Virus record (IMG/VR): IMGVR_UViG_3300043409_001427
Location: 1 to 64,000 of that record
Strand: one strand, 5' to 3'
DNA: 64,000 nucleotides
From: a virus
Part shown: positions 31,401 to 38,564 of the stretch, in pieces
How the letters are laid out: each line of letters opens with the position of its first letter
How positions within the stretch are numbered: the stretch's first letter is position 1
Notes under the pieces: model-generated
Told to the model about the DNA's origin: nothing
What the model saw: the letters and a program-made list of their open reading frames with translations, nothing else
Databases searched by the model: none
Made by a program: the position numbers and the translations under genes

Positions 31401-34400
31401 CTAACTGTGGGAACTTCTTGTTAGAAGTATGGATCCACTGATTTGCTGAATTTTTCTTAATCCTACTGGTATCATACATTAATGCGGCATACCTTGCAGG
31501 CTTAGTTAATGCCATTGCTTTTTGCATGGTAAATGGAAAATAACTACTACGATGCCATGCTACTTTTACAGGACTACGCTCATCAATCTGCCAATCAAGT
31601 TGCTTGCTTTCATCTGTCATTCCAGTAATCAACGCTTCGGGACTCAGTAAATTGCCACTACTATCTACAGGAATGATGTTATTAAAACCATTAGAACGAA
31701 CGAACAACGGATTTACAACACCGTTAACTCGACCATGTTGAATATCGGACCACATTACTAGATTACCACCAGTGTACGGAGCAGGTCCGTATAGGTCCTC
31801 CCACCAATTTGGTTTTTCCGATAGTCCCAACATTTCCCAAGGACATGTATGAGGACGCTCGGTATCATATAGTTTGTCTAGTATACCCCTCCAACTTCCA
31901 TTAAAGGTTATTCCAGTTGATATATTTCTAGTGTTATAAAAATTCCAAGTTTTTGAATTATTAGGATCAAATGTAGTATTTGGAATTGGTTTTAATCCAA
32001 ACTTTGCTGTCCAAGTTGAAAAATCACGAGAGGTAATAGTGTTAAAATAATTGCCGCCATACCCGTCCGGCATACTTCTCCATGGGCGTTGTCTAATTGA
32101 GTCAATAGCTAAGATATCATCTCTATACTCAACCTTGATATTATTATAAATCCTTTTTTCTAATTCAAGTATAATCGCATCCCTATAGTCTTCGTAGGCT
32201 ATTATGATACTACCATCATGTCCTTGGATCACCGTTTGGGGAGTTGCATATACATCGTCAACAAAGATGTCAGGTTTGAATTTAGAATATAACCCTAATT
32301 TAGTAGGAGTAGGTGGTATGTAGCAACCTTCGGTATCTTTGTATTCATTTATAACTAGCTCATCGCCGACTTCTAACGGTACTAATATTTCTACACTGTC
32401 AATAGTACTATCAAATAGGTAATCAGTGCCGTGAAGTAATTGTTCGCCGTCTAAATAAACATAGATAGCCTTTAACGAAAGGTTAGTTAAATTAAAACTA
32501 TCAGTTGACAATGGATAAATTGTGTTATTTGAATTTGTTACTATCCAAGTTTTAGAATGTTCCGGGGTTCCGTAACCTGCCATATCTGTTAGATAGTAAG
32601 GATCCTGACTAGATTTATACTGATTTAACTCAGTTAAAATTTGATCTACGGCGGCGCTTGCAGATAACTGATCGCTAACTTGTAGCATCTTGTTTAAAAA
32701 TGCTAGTTTAAAATTATTATAATTTTCAGCAGACTTGTCTATCGCATTAATCAGATCAGTTTCTCTACCTCCCAAAAACATCTGTGCAAACGATAACGGA
32801 TTTGAACTTGAAATTAGTTTAGTTCCAAGGTTAGAAAAATCTTCACGATCTCTTAAATTTCCATCATAGTCCTCTATTCGATTAGTCATCGATAGCACAT
32901 GTTCAGTTAATTCACTAATCGTAAATTTTTCTACAATGCCATTTAATGGATTATTTGTTAACCCAAGAGGTTCTTCATAATAACTTGTGATGCCTGTAGC
33001 AGTTGACGCCAATACCGGTATTTCATATACTGATGTTTCTACCCAAGAATTCTTAAGTTGATTGTCAATCTTAATAAATCCAATATTTGAATTGATATTA
33101 TAACTAGGAACACCGATTTGACTAAGGACAATTGTTTCAATAGCTAGGTTGTTATCAAATAATATACTGCCAATTGCATTTAAATTCTTATACGCAATAG
33201 GAAATCCTAGATAGGGATCATCGTTACCGGTACCCGCAGTGTAACTAAAAATTTTGTTACCACTAAAGTTACTTAGATAATAATTTTTATCTGAATAACT
33301 GTTTCCGTTTTCGTCAAACAGATCAAATAATGGAGATTGATTAAGTGTATCTCTTTGCTGAGAACTGACCCAGATCGTTCCATCAAACCGCCAATCAGTG
33401 CTATTATTTTCATCCCCTAATAAAATAGTAACTGTAGCATCGGTTAGAGGATCATAATCATAAGCAGGTTGTAAGGTTAAAGTTCTAACCCCTTGAATAA
33501 AAACAAAGTGAATCTCAAATATCTTTCCTTTCACATTGGGGTCGTCAATGGCATTAAAAATAACTCGATGTCCCTCTTCTAACTCAATTCCATCAACATA
33601 GGTTGCCATAGTAGTACCGGCAATTGTATCAAATGGATCCGTCGTGCTAGTGTCAAGAAGATCAACTGGATCAATACCAACTGTTCCAAAATTAAACAAT
33701 TTAATATTAGGCTTAAATTCAATAATAGGGCGTTGGGCTCTATTCTGAGAAAAGTCTGGTTCTACTCCGTTAACTAATGCGCTTGTCCGTATTACATCCT
33801 TATGAACCCATCGGTTGTATCGACTCCACGGATTAAGGTCGGTGCTGGCTCGATTAATTGTTACATATTCTGCATACAGTATTGGTAATTCTCTATCATT
33901 ATCAAATGGTAGAGTATCAAATCCGTAAGAATCAAATCCGTCCGGATAAGAACTCATAAATTTTTCGGAAACTAATAACCGATCTAACGGAATTAATTTA
34001 ATACTGGTTCCAACACCTTCTACGAAAAAGGCCCGATTATGGTATGTGTCATTAACTTCTTGACCTAAAAATTCTAACATCATACCATTTGACAGATTAA
34101 TTAAAGTGCTAGTTCCCGTAGTTGTTAACACTTCTACCGATGCATTAACTTGTCCTTCAATTTCTGTTTCAACATCTAAGTATTCGGTTGTTACAGATAA
34201 CACTTCAGGACCTTGAGGCATCCAATAGTAATTTTGATAGTTAACTAATTTGTCCCAATCAATATGCGGAGTATATGAATAGGCCTCTGTTCTAAATAGA
34301 TAATCTAAATTATCAATATTTGCACCCTTAGATTTTAGTGCATTTAAAAGGTCATCATATCCTTGTACAGTTTTTATATTTTCTAAATTATCATATATAA

Positions 34401-34620
34401 TAAATGCAGGAGATAATTGATAAGGGTTACTATTAGAAATATAAATATCGGCTGTTGAATTATATGTAGGGGTTAGTGTTGAACCTACATATCCATCTAA
34501 TCTTTCTAGTTGGGGTTTTTGTATAAGTTGGTCAAGGGTACTTGTTAAGAATTTTTTATTTCTTTCAGTTTTTAAAAATTCAGGTAATAGACTAACTGCG
34601 CTAATTTTTTTATCTGCCAT
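22498..34620 (-). CDS. giant 4040-aa baseplate wedge protein (gp7-like, multidomain)
   Basis: Follows gp6; N-terminal LLPEFL, VKPYHTxIR motif, FG-GAP-like propeller repeats and a CBM-like segment. Confidence 0.75.
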   Translation of the reverse strand: MADKKISAVSLLPEFLKTERNKKFLTSTLDQLIQKPQLERLDGYVGSTLTPTYNSTADIYISNSNPYQLSPAFIIYDNLENIKTVQGYDDLLNALKSKGANIDNLDYLFRTEAYSYTPHIDWDKLVNYQNYYWMPQGPEVLSVTTEYLDVETEIEGQVNASVEVLTTTGTSTLINLSNGMMLEFLGQEVNDTYHNRAFFVEGVGTSIKLIPLDRLLVSEKFMSSYPDGFDSYGFDTLPFDNDRELPILYAEYVTINRASTDLNPWSRYNRWVHKDVIRTSALVNGVEPDFSQNRAQRPIIEFKPNIKLFNFGTVGIDPVDLLDTSTTDPFDTIAGTTMATYVDGIELEEGHRVIFNAIDDPNVKGKIFEIHFVFIQGVRTLTLQPAYDYDPLTDATVTILLGDENNSTDWRFDGTIWVSSQQRDTLNQSPLFDLFDENGNSYSDKNYYLSNFSGNKIFSYTAGTGNDDPYLGFPIAYKNLNAIGSILFDNNLAIETIVLSQIGVPSYNINSNIGFIKIDNQLKNSWVETSVYEIPVLASTATGITSYYEEPLGLTNNPLNGIVEKFTISELTEHVLSMTNRIEDYDGNLRDREDFSNLGTKLISSSNPLSFAQMFLGGRETDLINAIDKSAENYNNFKLAFLNKMLQVSDQLSASAAVDQILTELNQYKSSQDPYYLTDMAGYGTPEHSKTWIVTNSNNTIYPLSTDSFNLTNLSLKAIYVYLDGEQLLHGTDYLFDSTIDSVEILVPLEVGDELVINEYKDTEGCYIPPTPTKLGLYSKFKPDIFVDDVYATPQTVIQGHDGSIIIAYEDYRDAIILELEKRIYNNIKVEYRDDILAIDSIRQRPWRSMPDGYGGNYFNTITSRDFSTWTAKFGLKPIPNTTFDPNNSKTWNFYNTRNISTGITFNGSWRGILDKLYDTERPHTCPWEMLGLSEKPNWWEDLYGPAPYTGGNLVMWSDIQHGRVNGVVNPLFVRSNGFNNIIPVDSSGNLLSPEALITGMTDESKQLDWQIDERSPVKVAWHRSSYFPFTMQKAMALTKPARYAALMYDTSRIKKNSANQWIHTSNKKFPQLAEMFIHNENKTQTSGYSVFLSEIGMQEDKDYIKNLRQDLTYASYNLIYKLNGFADKDTLQIIVDAYAPTSTSPGSILPSQNYKLRLNVGNPILSVTASGMIIERTRSGYNISGYDRSGYFNIFKPIRNLGTTFITVGGETVSYVVWAPSRTASATGLNSVDTTSASSAPVGNFYKTGQYVQYGSDFYVTKVGHRAGNVFNVEYFQKVPRLPTEGGASVQVAVAFESTVTPIEYGTTFSSIQEIYDVIIGYGRWLESRGFVFSEYNIDLDSVLDWNLSAKEFLFWSTQPWATGSIITLSPFSDKVVYKSSNAVVDNLFQSYEVLRADKSVFLKTDLNISRDDGTCTIATAPNSDGIYFIQLNLVQKEHVIIFDNNTIFNDVIYKLETGSRQRRIKLVGFRTANWNGDYFSPGFVYDTAEIVDWVPNTPYTAGTTVRFNGKYYSAIRNIERRSSFDFNQWAVLDKKPEPALLPNFDYKISQFEDFYSLDSDNFDEGQQRLSQHLTGYTPRVYLNNIFPNTISQYKFYQGFIREKGTQNAISKLAKASSSVLRGNISYNEEWAFRVGNFGSFPTYQEIETPLIEGTFLENPQIIKFVSEVPAASANDLIHYTLSSNLTISPPNYNPANTFNTTSTEDILLLQHSGYVRSVDVTATAYNEDSLLDIANSNQLKDGNTVWVGFKKDGSWDVLRYTYNPALLIGVFVAEPAKSITFTSQYPHNLSVGQIIGVSQFNEQVNGIHTVIAIPSANRFTVASSLANIRDAELLSPGQLYVFASARLSSFDNLPSDQELYRLPAGTKYWIDNSGSWEVYEKINNYSSTSYVELGIPAEPHLGSAISQRKGSNIVVVGSPDNYRGAQYGNIWVYDTDSNGTFGPLVKYRFGADYLNQPSGFGSVIVYDDIPFTGSNYGTIFAGAPLAFSNQGIVQIDAIDSRSLIVKTTAYINSPNTDSVTKFGSSIFVERNATTKLVLVGAENAVYSYTVSDNAGTITISSGTPLITEKTVNAIAGTDNASFIAVGLAGTVEIYNKSLTKILTLTGSDSKFGTALSMSPLGEYLFVSSPTEVNDDYSLGKVFVYKNSNGTFVLDQTITNPVIGEGMEFGIVIDVTESTDMLAISATGIQHTLPTTFDNSLMTFDGGITKIKGTETGSGSVYLYQRSDSRFVYGQELSDAYIYSTPGTNYGSSLTVDDTMICVGFPALDNSNADSGFLKFERTSSEKYPWDKIVTQDDFVDTTYLKRIALINTEEEQIIEYLDIYDPLKGKVPGIAEQELSFKLVSDPAIYSIGVAGTNNDTEKNWLDEYVGKLWWDLSTAKYIWYEQGDLEYRKNNWGKLFPGATIDIYEWVRSTLLPSEWASQSDTSSGLSQGISGQPKFPDNSVISVKQVYDSVTNSYSNVYYYWVKNKVLVPDRKDRRISAYAVASAIADPTAYGLRFISIIDKDAIMLSNLGNVPVDSKISINIAKDLEITTTPRHTQWILLKEDSDEDMPPAIFEKKLLDSLLGHDELGNLVPNPELSDRVRYGLGVRPQQTLFKDRMEALRNLVEFSNNVLLTVPITNNYSFKNLNAQEEIPNKHLNEYDHLVEDNSALEIISTAGFERGSINCIVDENGSVASVTIAEPGFGYGTENPIKDITGTVIGYEGPVLTEISNDTVFDNGSTTFDSQLTSFKDSTINSYGSGLRIQTMVDAQGQFIHASVITGGKNFASGFTFKTRPHTVFVQSDDTYNGKWTRYEWDYVELTWVRAHTQSFNTTLYWDYIDWTSTDYKSYQIYSAVVGSPYELSEISLRPNEYVKVNNGGDGNYIVLNKLENGVRGTYGPEYDIVFKQNGTIQINSSIWDVKNSGLGWDYLNTYDETLWDQTPDTEIRYIFTALKNDIFINELKSKWNLLFFTAVRYALTEQKMLDWAFKTSFISVINTAGDLTQPPVYKLQDSAFYESYINEVKPYHTQIREFTNKYSVTEKSNTEVVEQDRTTSVTMKFDRITSMSESGEFGTSDMFIANGVATEFLLNWVPNANKSSITVRVDGRLYLSSEFTIRYFTDLYNGYHKKYANLVFFDEEPIANGSVITISYEKSADLISASDRLLSYYTATSGMVGLDLGQLMYGVDYPGTVVGGQTFYDPRGGIYLDSIVQGGDWQDGVLNSALGVAPNDIIIDGQSGFLTAEAGYAPEENVPGLVVDSLGINVFTRGSSGPAIIYSAKFDTVVSVDTTSYVLSRLPSTIAAISVICNGVELAYTTNELGYDEPYYNLDWDTATLTIPAQSSLGELGYTIVGIGGGSGDAETWGIIDKHIYFAGTETNLIVETVVDFNMIVDSYVTVNGINLEEVVSSSEYGYMLSQTTSTGKCIINLYNLPVSDNHVVQAWFFDESHDYFNEIREQTFIIDSTSTNYPLTLMYPPGISGPQSAQTIVEITDSIGTRRLLAPETDYYTIETTSTGATFNVSLTNIFTEYLSETTIVVYNNGEIVPFAYSLGVVTVNTTTYVGDTVAIETLLPDVVGVANTLTDYAYDYRVDGTELFIAPGAQVPNSDMIESASIRVITYTNHDGLLMHTEKFNGDPNRRFQMSRPVIDDRYVWVTLFKSLGDGLPLQSYPLINSYDFTVLEDNKTVEISDSWVIDPSDFVEIISFISQDVPAELIGYRIFNDMLGGITFTRLSAENSTYLTRNLAVDDDVIYVGDTSVLSPPIEEENIPGIIYINGERIEFTDYTSTTITAFRRGTLGTGPANLYPAGTSVVDQGHWQEIESIENTYIQNTFTSSSTYTYGISTSTELVYYPGTDDLVRSDGITLSVSSDPLAMLESHHLTSNINGKDQVDVYYGGRLLRKAGIYLHDPAVSYDSVPVNHLLGNRTNSSLLPTGVSIGASCRLTSNNEIWTFVGTRSEPGATPGWVYSGTKFLPEEFSINVAGQSIMLNNEVLNVADDVQLTIIKKEFAVTDEWNDKISLFETVPLLDSTSTIATFLKERPAELPNAPIKMA

Positions 34621-34625
34621 GATCC

Positions 34626-37600
34626 TTATCCAACATTAATAAGTGTTGTATTCAATTGTTGTGCTGTGATTGCATCAATCACTGCGATATCCGATGCTCT
34701 AGCACCGCTAATAAAAATTTCATTACTTTGACATGCTACTTCATATAGGCTACCAAAGTTATTAGCGGTGGGTACTATCACAAAGTTAGTTACATCAGGA
34801 GTTAATAAATTCATTATGTAAGTTGACAATTCACTAAAGTAAAAACTTTGGCCAAAGTCCCATTTTTCTAAAGTAAAGAAGTCATTAATTCCGGCAAGTA
34901 TCTTAGAAATAATTTCGTTATTACTTAGAGTACTTGCTGAATTTTTAACTACTTTAAACCTTGCTTGTAAATTCGTAGGAGCAGATGTTCCAAATAATAC
35001 TTTATACTTAACCGGTTGATAAATTATTTCATCGCTAATAGATTTAATTGGTTCTAAATCTCTTGAATAATTATTTTCTAGAGATTGGCTTGATGGAGAC
35101 ATTGGTTCAGAACCATTCCCAGTTAATAACCAGTTTCTAAAACTTTGATCATACTCAAAGGTTAACATATAAACATCAATTAAATTGCTCTTACTAGGAT
35201 CAATCCTGTATTCTTCACCGCTGTTATGTTGGTAATGAAAGCTCAATTCTTCACGCCCCTGATAAGCAAAGTAGGAAGGAGCCAATACAAATTCATTAAA
35301 CTCATCCACGGTCTTTACAGTATTACTATCTATAAAATAATATAAGAATTCGGCATCCGGGCTTCCACTATAGTAGGTGTTGGCAGCATTTTCTGTTTCA
35401 AAGACCAAATAATCATTAGAGCTAACAGGAGAAGCACCCATTCCGTCAGTAGTGAATTTAAATAGGGTATAACCGTCTGCGGTTCCGTTGGTATAATTAC
35501 CAACGATAATGTCAAATATATCAGGATCAATTATCTGCCCAATTGTTCCACTATCTTGATGGTTATAAAAACTTACTTCAACTCTAGACGGATCAACATA
35601 TCCATCAAGTTCAATTATAGGGCCATCTATTTGCCATACACAATCTTTTCCAATTGGGGAGGTAGACCCAGTAATGGTATTAATTCCTAATACATTAATT
35701 TTATCTCGTATAACCGTATTATTTGTAAAATCAAAATTTACATCATTTTTATCTACATAGAAACCGGTCTGGTTTACACTCTGGAACATATATCGGGCCT
35801 GCCTATACAATACCTTATACTCAAATCCTTGCCAAGTAAATGCGACCATCCAACTTGAGTCTTTATTAGTGTTTGAAATGTCGCCTTCATTATCAAAGCT
35901 AAATTTTTCAACTAAATTTAAATTAGTATCTTCAATGATTTTCCAAGAACGAGTAGTACTGTCAAATCTAATTCCAAAATTGCGCTGTGTTAAGCATAAG
36001 TTAACGATATTATTTTCAAATGCGTACGACAGTGTTTTAATAAACGCAGGAATAATCTCAATTGGTATAGCACCCTGTCCGGGACGATTTCCTAGTATAA
36101 TTGGGCCAGTACCGTCACTTAAATTTCCAGTACCTACATTAGATCCATCGCCGACGACTTGTATTACAGTACTCCATACATGATCAGAAGTCTTGCTTGA
36201 TGGTGCTGGAACAATTTTACCATTAGGTAGAAAATACTGAGGATCTCCACTTAGTGTATTAGGTGCTAAAAATTTAATCATTGCGCCCGGTGTTATATAT
36301 TTTAAAGAATTAGAAACATAAGAACCAACTGACTGCGGTTCATTAATGGCTAGTGAATTATTCTTAGAATAAAAATATCCGCGACCTTGGCCGGCAACGA
36401 CATTAGAAGAATTCCATTGATAATTTATATTTTCTAAATTTGAATTTAATATTACAGGTTTCCCAGATCTATATTTGTCATGATAATAAGTTAGTAAAGA
36501 ATTATTTGAAAAAATAGGTTCTAGTTGTTTTTTGATTACTGAAAAAATATCATTTTTAGAATAATAAGAAAAACTAAAATTATTTTCAGTAAGTTCTTTA
36601 AAAATAATACCATCAGTTCCAAAGATATTAGTAGAACTGTACTTTCCACTAACATCACTTAATTCAAAATATTTACTAACTCCGCTACTTTCCCTATTAA
36701 TACTCTTAACTTTTAATATGTTAGAAGTTAATGTTAATGGAGCGATATTATAGTCTTCACCGGTAACCATCCTGTTTTGTAGATAGTATGTTTGCGGGGC
36801 ATTTCTCTGTATACTAGCATTAGATTCAGTACCTGAACTATTACTAACGGTATCCTGCAGAGCAAGTGTGACTGTTAATATGTGACTCTGCCCGCTTTTA
36901 TTAGAATACGGAATATCAAGAGACACTCCAGCCAATTGCTCAGATTTAATTGAATAAGACAATCCGTTGCTTTGTCGATAAAACAATACGAAGTTTCCTT
37001 TGGGTAAATCTCCAAAATTACCATCCGAAAAGTTTAAATCAACTTGGTCGCCGTCTCTATTTGTGATACTATATGTTTTTCTAATACTACTATTCAAACT
37101 ATTGAATATGATATTATTTCCTACTAATGCCGGTATTTTAGTCCAAGTGTCTGATGGATACGAACCGTCAGTATCCAACTGCCATAACCAAACATCGGTG
37201 TCGTTAATATTAGAAACATTGATTCCAATAATTTCATTTGGTACAGGATTAGTAACCGAAAATGTGTTTACTCCTATCGAGCCTTGCTTAAACATCGCAA
37301 AGAATCCCGTATTTGAACTGCCGGTGCCTTGATTATCATTTTGATAAACAATACTAAACATACCGTTAGGCTTGGGTGGAGATTCATATAGATAAGACTT
37401 TCCACTAAATGTAGCTGGAACAATTTCAAAATTCATTGAAGTTCCGTTAATATTTTTTAAGAAGCTATAAACAGACACATCCTCGTTAGTTGTATCGAGT
37501 TGATATTGCTCGGTTAATATTCCACTAATTACATTTCGGTCGTTAGGTCTTCCAAACACAGTTTCACCTACCATTGAAGAATTTAAAATACTAGTAAATT

Positions 37601-38063
37601 GATCATACCAATTAGGATTTGATGTGTCATTCCATGCAATCGTTGTATTCGCTAAATTAATTCCCGAGCTGTCAATTACATTGTCAGTTGTACTAATTGC
37701 GGTCATTTTAAGAAGGCCAGTTGCGGCCCTATTTCTTTTTGGAACATAGCTTACTAACTGTGCGAGGCGCAAAATACTGTCTCGGCGTTTTGCTGTTTCA
37801 AGAAAATTCTCACGAGCATTTAGGTCAATACGGAAACTTAGATTTTGTCCTAGGTAAGCAATCACATCAACAAGTGCAATAAACTCACTACTGTCTATAT
37901 AATCATTAAAATCTTCGGGGTAGTTTTCCTGCAGATAAGAAATTAAAATCCTTCGAATGGTCTCAAAGTCGTAACTTTGGAAGTCGGCATTTCGAAAAGA
38001 CTGATAGATTTTAGTCCAATCTTCAGTAACTAGTAGTTTTGTATTTGTTGAAGGAATAGTCAT
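34626..38063 (-). CDS. gp6: baseplate wedge subunit gp6
   Basis: DFETIR...DFND...ENFLETA.RRDSILRLA..VSY.PKR; QNRMVTGEDY. Confidence 0.9.
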   Translation of the reverse strand: MTIPSTNTKLLVTEDWTKIYQSFRNADFQSYDFETIRRILISYLQENYPEDFNDYIDSSEFIALVDVIAYLGQNLSFRIDLNARENFLETAKRRDSILRLAQLVSYVPKRNRAATGLLKMTAISTTDNVIDSSGINLANTTIAWNDTSNPNWYDQFTSILNSSMVGETVFGRPNDRNVISGILTEQYQLDTTNEDVSVYSFLKNINGTSMNFEIVPATFSGKSYLYESPPKPNGMFSIVYQNDNQGTGSSNTGFFAMFKQGSIGVNTFSVTNPVPNEIIGINVSNINDTDVWLWQLDTDGSYPSDTWTKIPALVGNNIIFNSLNSSIRKTYSITNRDGDQVDLNFSDGNFGDLPKGNFVLFYRQSNGLSYSIKSEQLAGVSLDIPYSNKSGQSHILTVTLALQDTVSNSSGTESNASIQRNAPQTYYLQNRMVTGEDYNIAPLTLTSNILKVKSINRESSGVSKYFELSDVSGKYSSTNIFGTDGIIFKELTENNFSFSYYSKNDIFSVIKKQLEPIFSNNSLLTYYHDKYRSGKPVILNSNLENINYQWNSSNVVAGQGRGYFYSKNNSLAINEPQSVGSYVSNSLKYITPGAMIKFLAPNTLSGDPQYFLPNGKIVPAPSSKTSDHVWSTVIQVVGDGSNVGTGNLSDGTGPIILGNRPGQGAIPIEIIPAFIKTLSYAFENNIVNLCLTQRNFGIRFDSTTRSWKIIEDTNLNLVEKFSFDNEGDISNTNKDSSWMVAFTWQGFEYKVLYRQARYMFQSVNQTGFYVDKNDVNFDFTNNTVIRDKINVLGINTITGSTSPIGKDCVWQIDGPIIELDGYVDPSRVEVSFYNHQDSGTIGQIIDPDIFDIIVGNYTNGTADGYTLFKFTTDGMGASPVSSNDYLVFETENAANTYYSGSPDAEFLYYFIDSNTVKTVDEFNEFVLAPSYFAYQGREELSFHYQHNSGEEYRIDPSKSNLIDVYMLTFEYDQSFRNWLLTGNGSEPMSPSSQSLENNYSRDLEPIKSISDEIIYQPVKYKVLFGTSAPTNLQARFKVVKNSASTLSNNEIISKILAGINDFFTLEKWDFGQSFYFSELSTYIMNLLTPDVTNFVIVPTANNFGSLYEVACQSNEIFISGARASDIAVIDAITAQQLNTTLINVG

Positions 38064-38108
38064 AATTTTATTTTATACCTTATTTATTTTATTCATTAAC
38101 TGAGCATA

Positions 38109-38546
38109 TTATTGTACGCTAAGTCCAATATGTTGATCAAAGGATAATCTTAAAACACTTGACTGGTCTGTTCCATTTAGGAGAAGCGCAACTTCGATAA
38201 TATATCCTGTTGGGTATTCTGTTAAATTTATTTGTGTAGGTGTAACCCGGGGGTCACTGTTACAAATTGCTGTTATATCATCATTAAGAGCATGGCGAAC
38301 CTCGGGTGTCATTGGTTCCATTAGCACATCCCAAACAATACTACCAAAGTTTGGATTCATAACACGCTCGCCCTTTCTTGTATTAAACTGATTAATAATG
38401 TCTTGTTTTATTAGTTCTAAGTCAAATAGCTTGGCGGTAGTATTGCTAGGATTAACACTACTAAACCCTTTATAGAAATGACTAACTTGTTGAACCTGTT
38501 CAACAATAGCATTGGCATTATTAATTTCAATTGATTTGTATGGCAT
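38109..38546 (-). CDS. gp25: baseplate wedge subunit gp25
   Basis: TRKGERVMNPNFGS...DPRV. Confidence 0.92.
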   Translation of the reverse strand: MPYKSIEINNANAIVEQVQQVSHFYKGFSSVNPSNTTAKLFDLELIKQDIINQFNTRKGERVMNPNFGSIVWDVLMEPMTPEVRHALNDDITAICNSDPRVTPTQINLTEYPTGYIIEVALLLNGTDQSSVLRLSFDQHIGLSVQ

Positions 38547-38564
38547 GATTGTATTTATTTGTCC

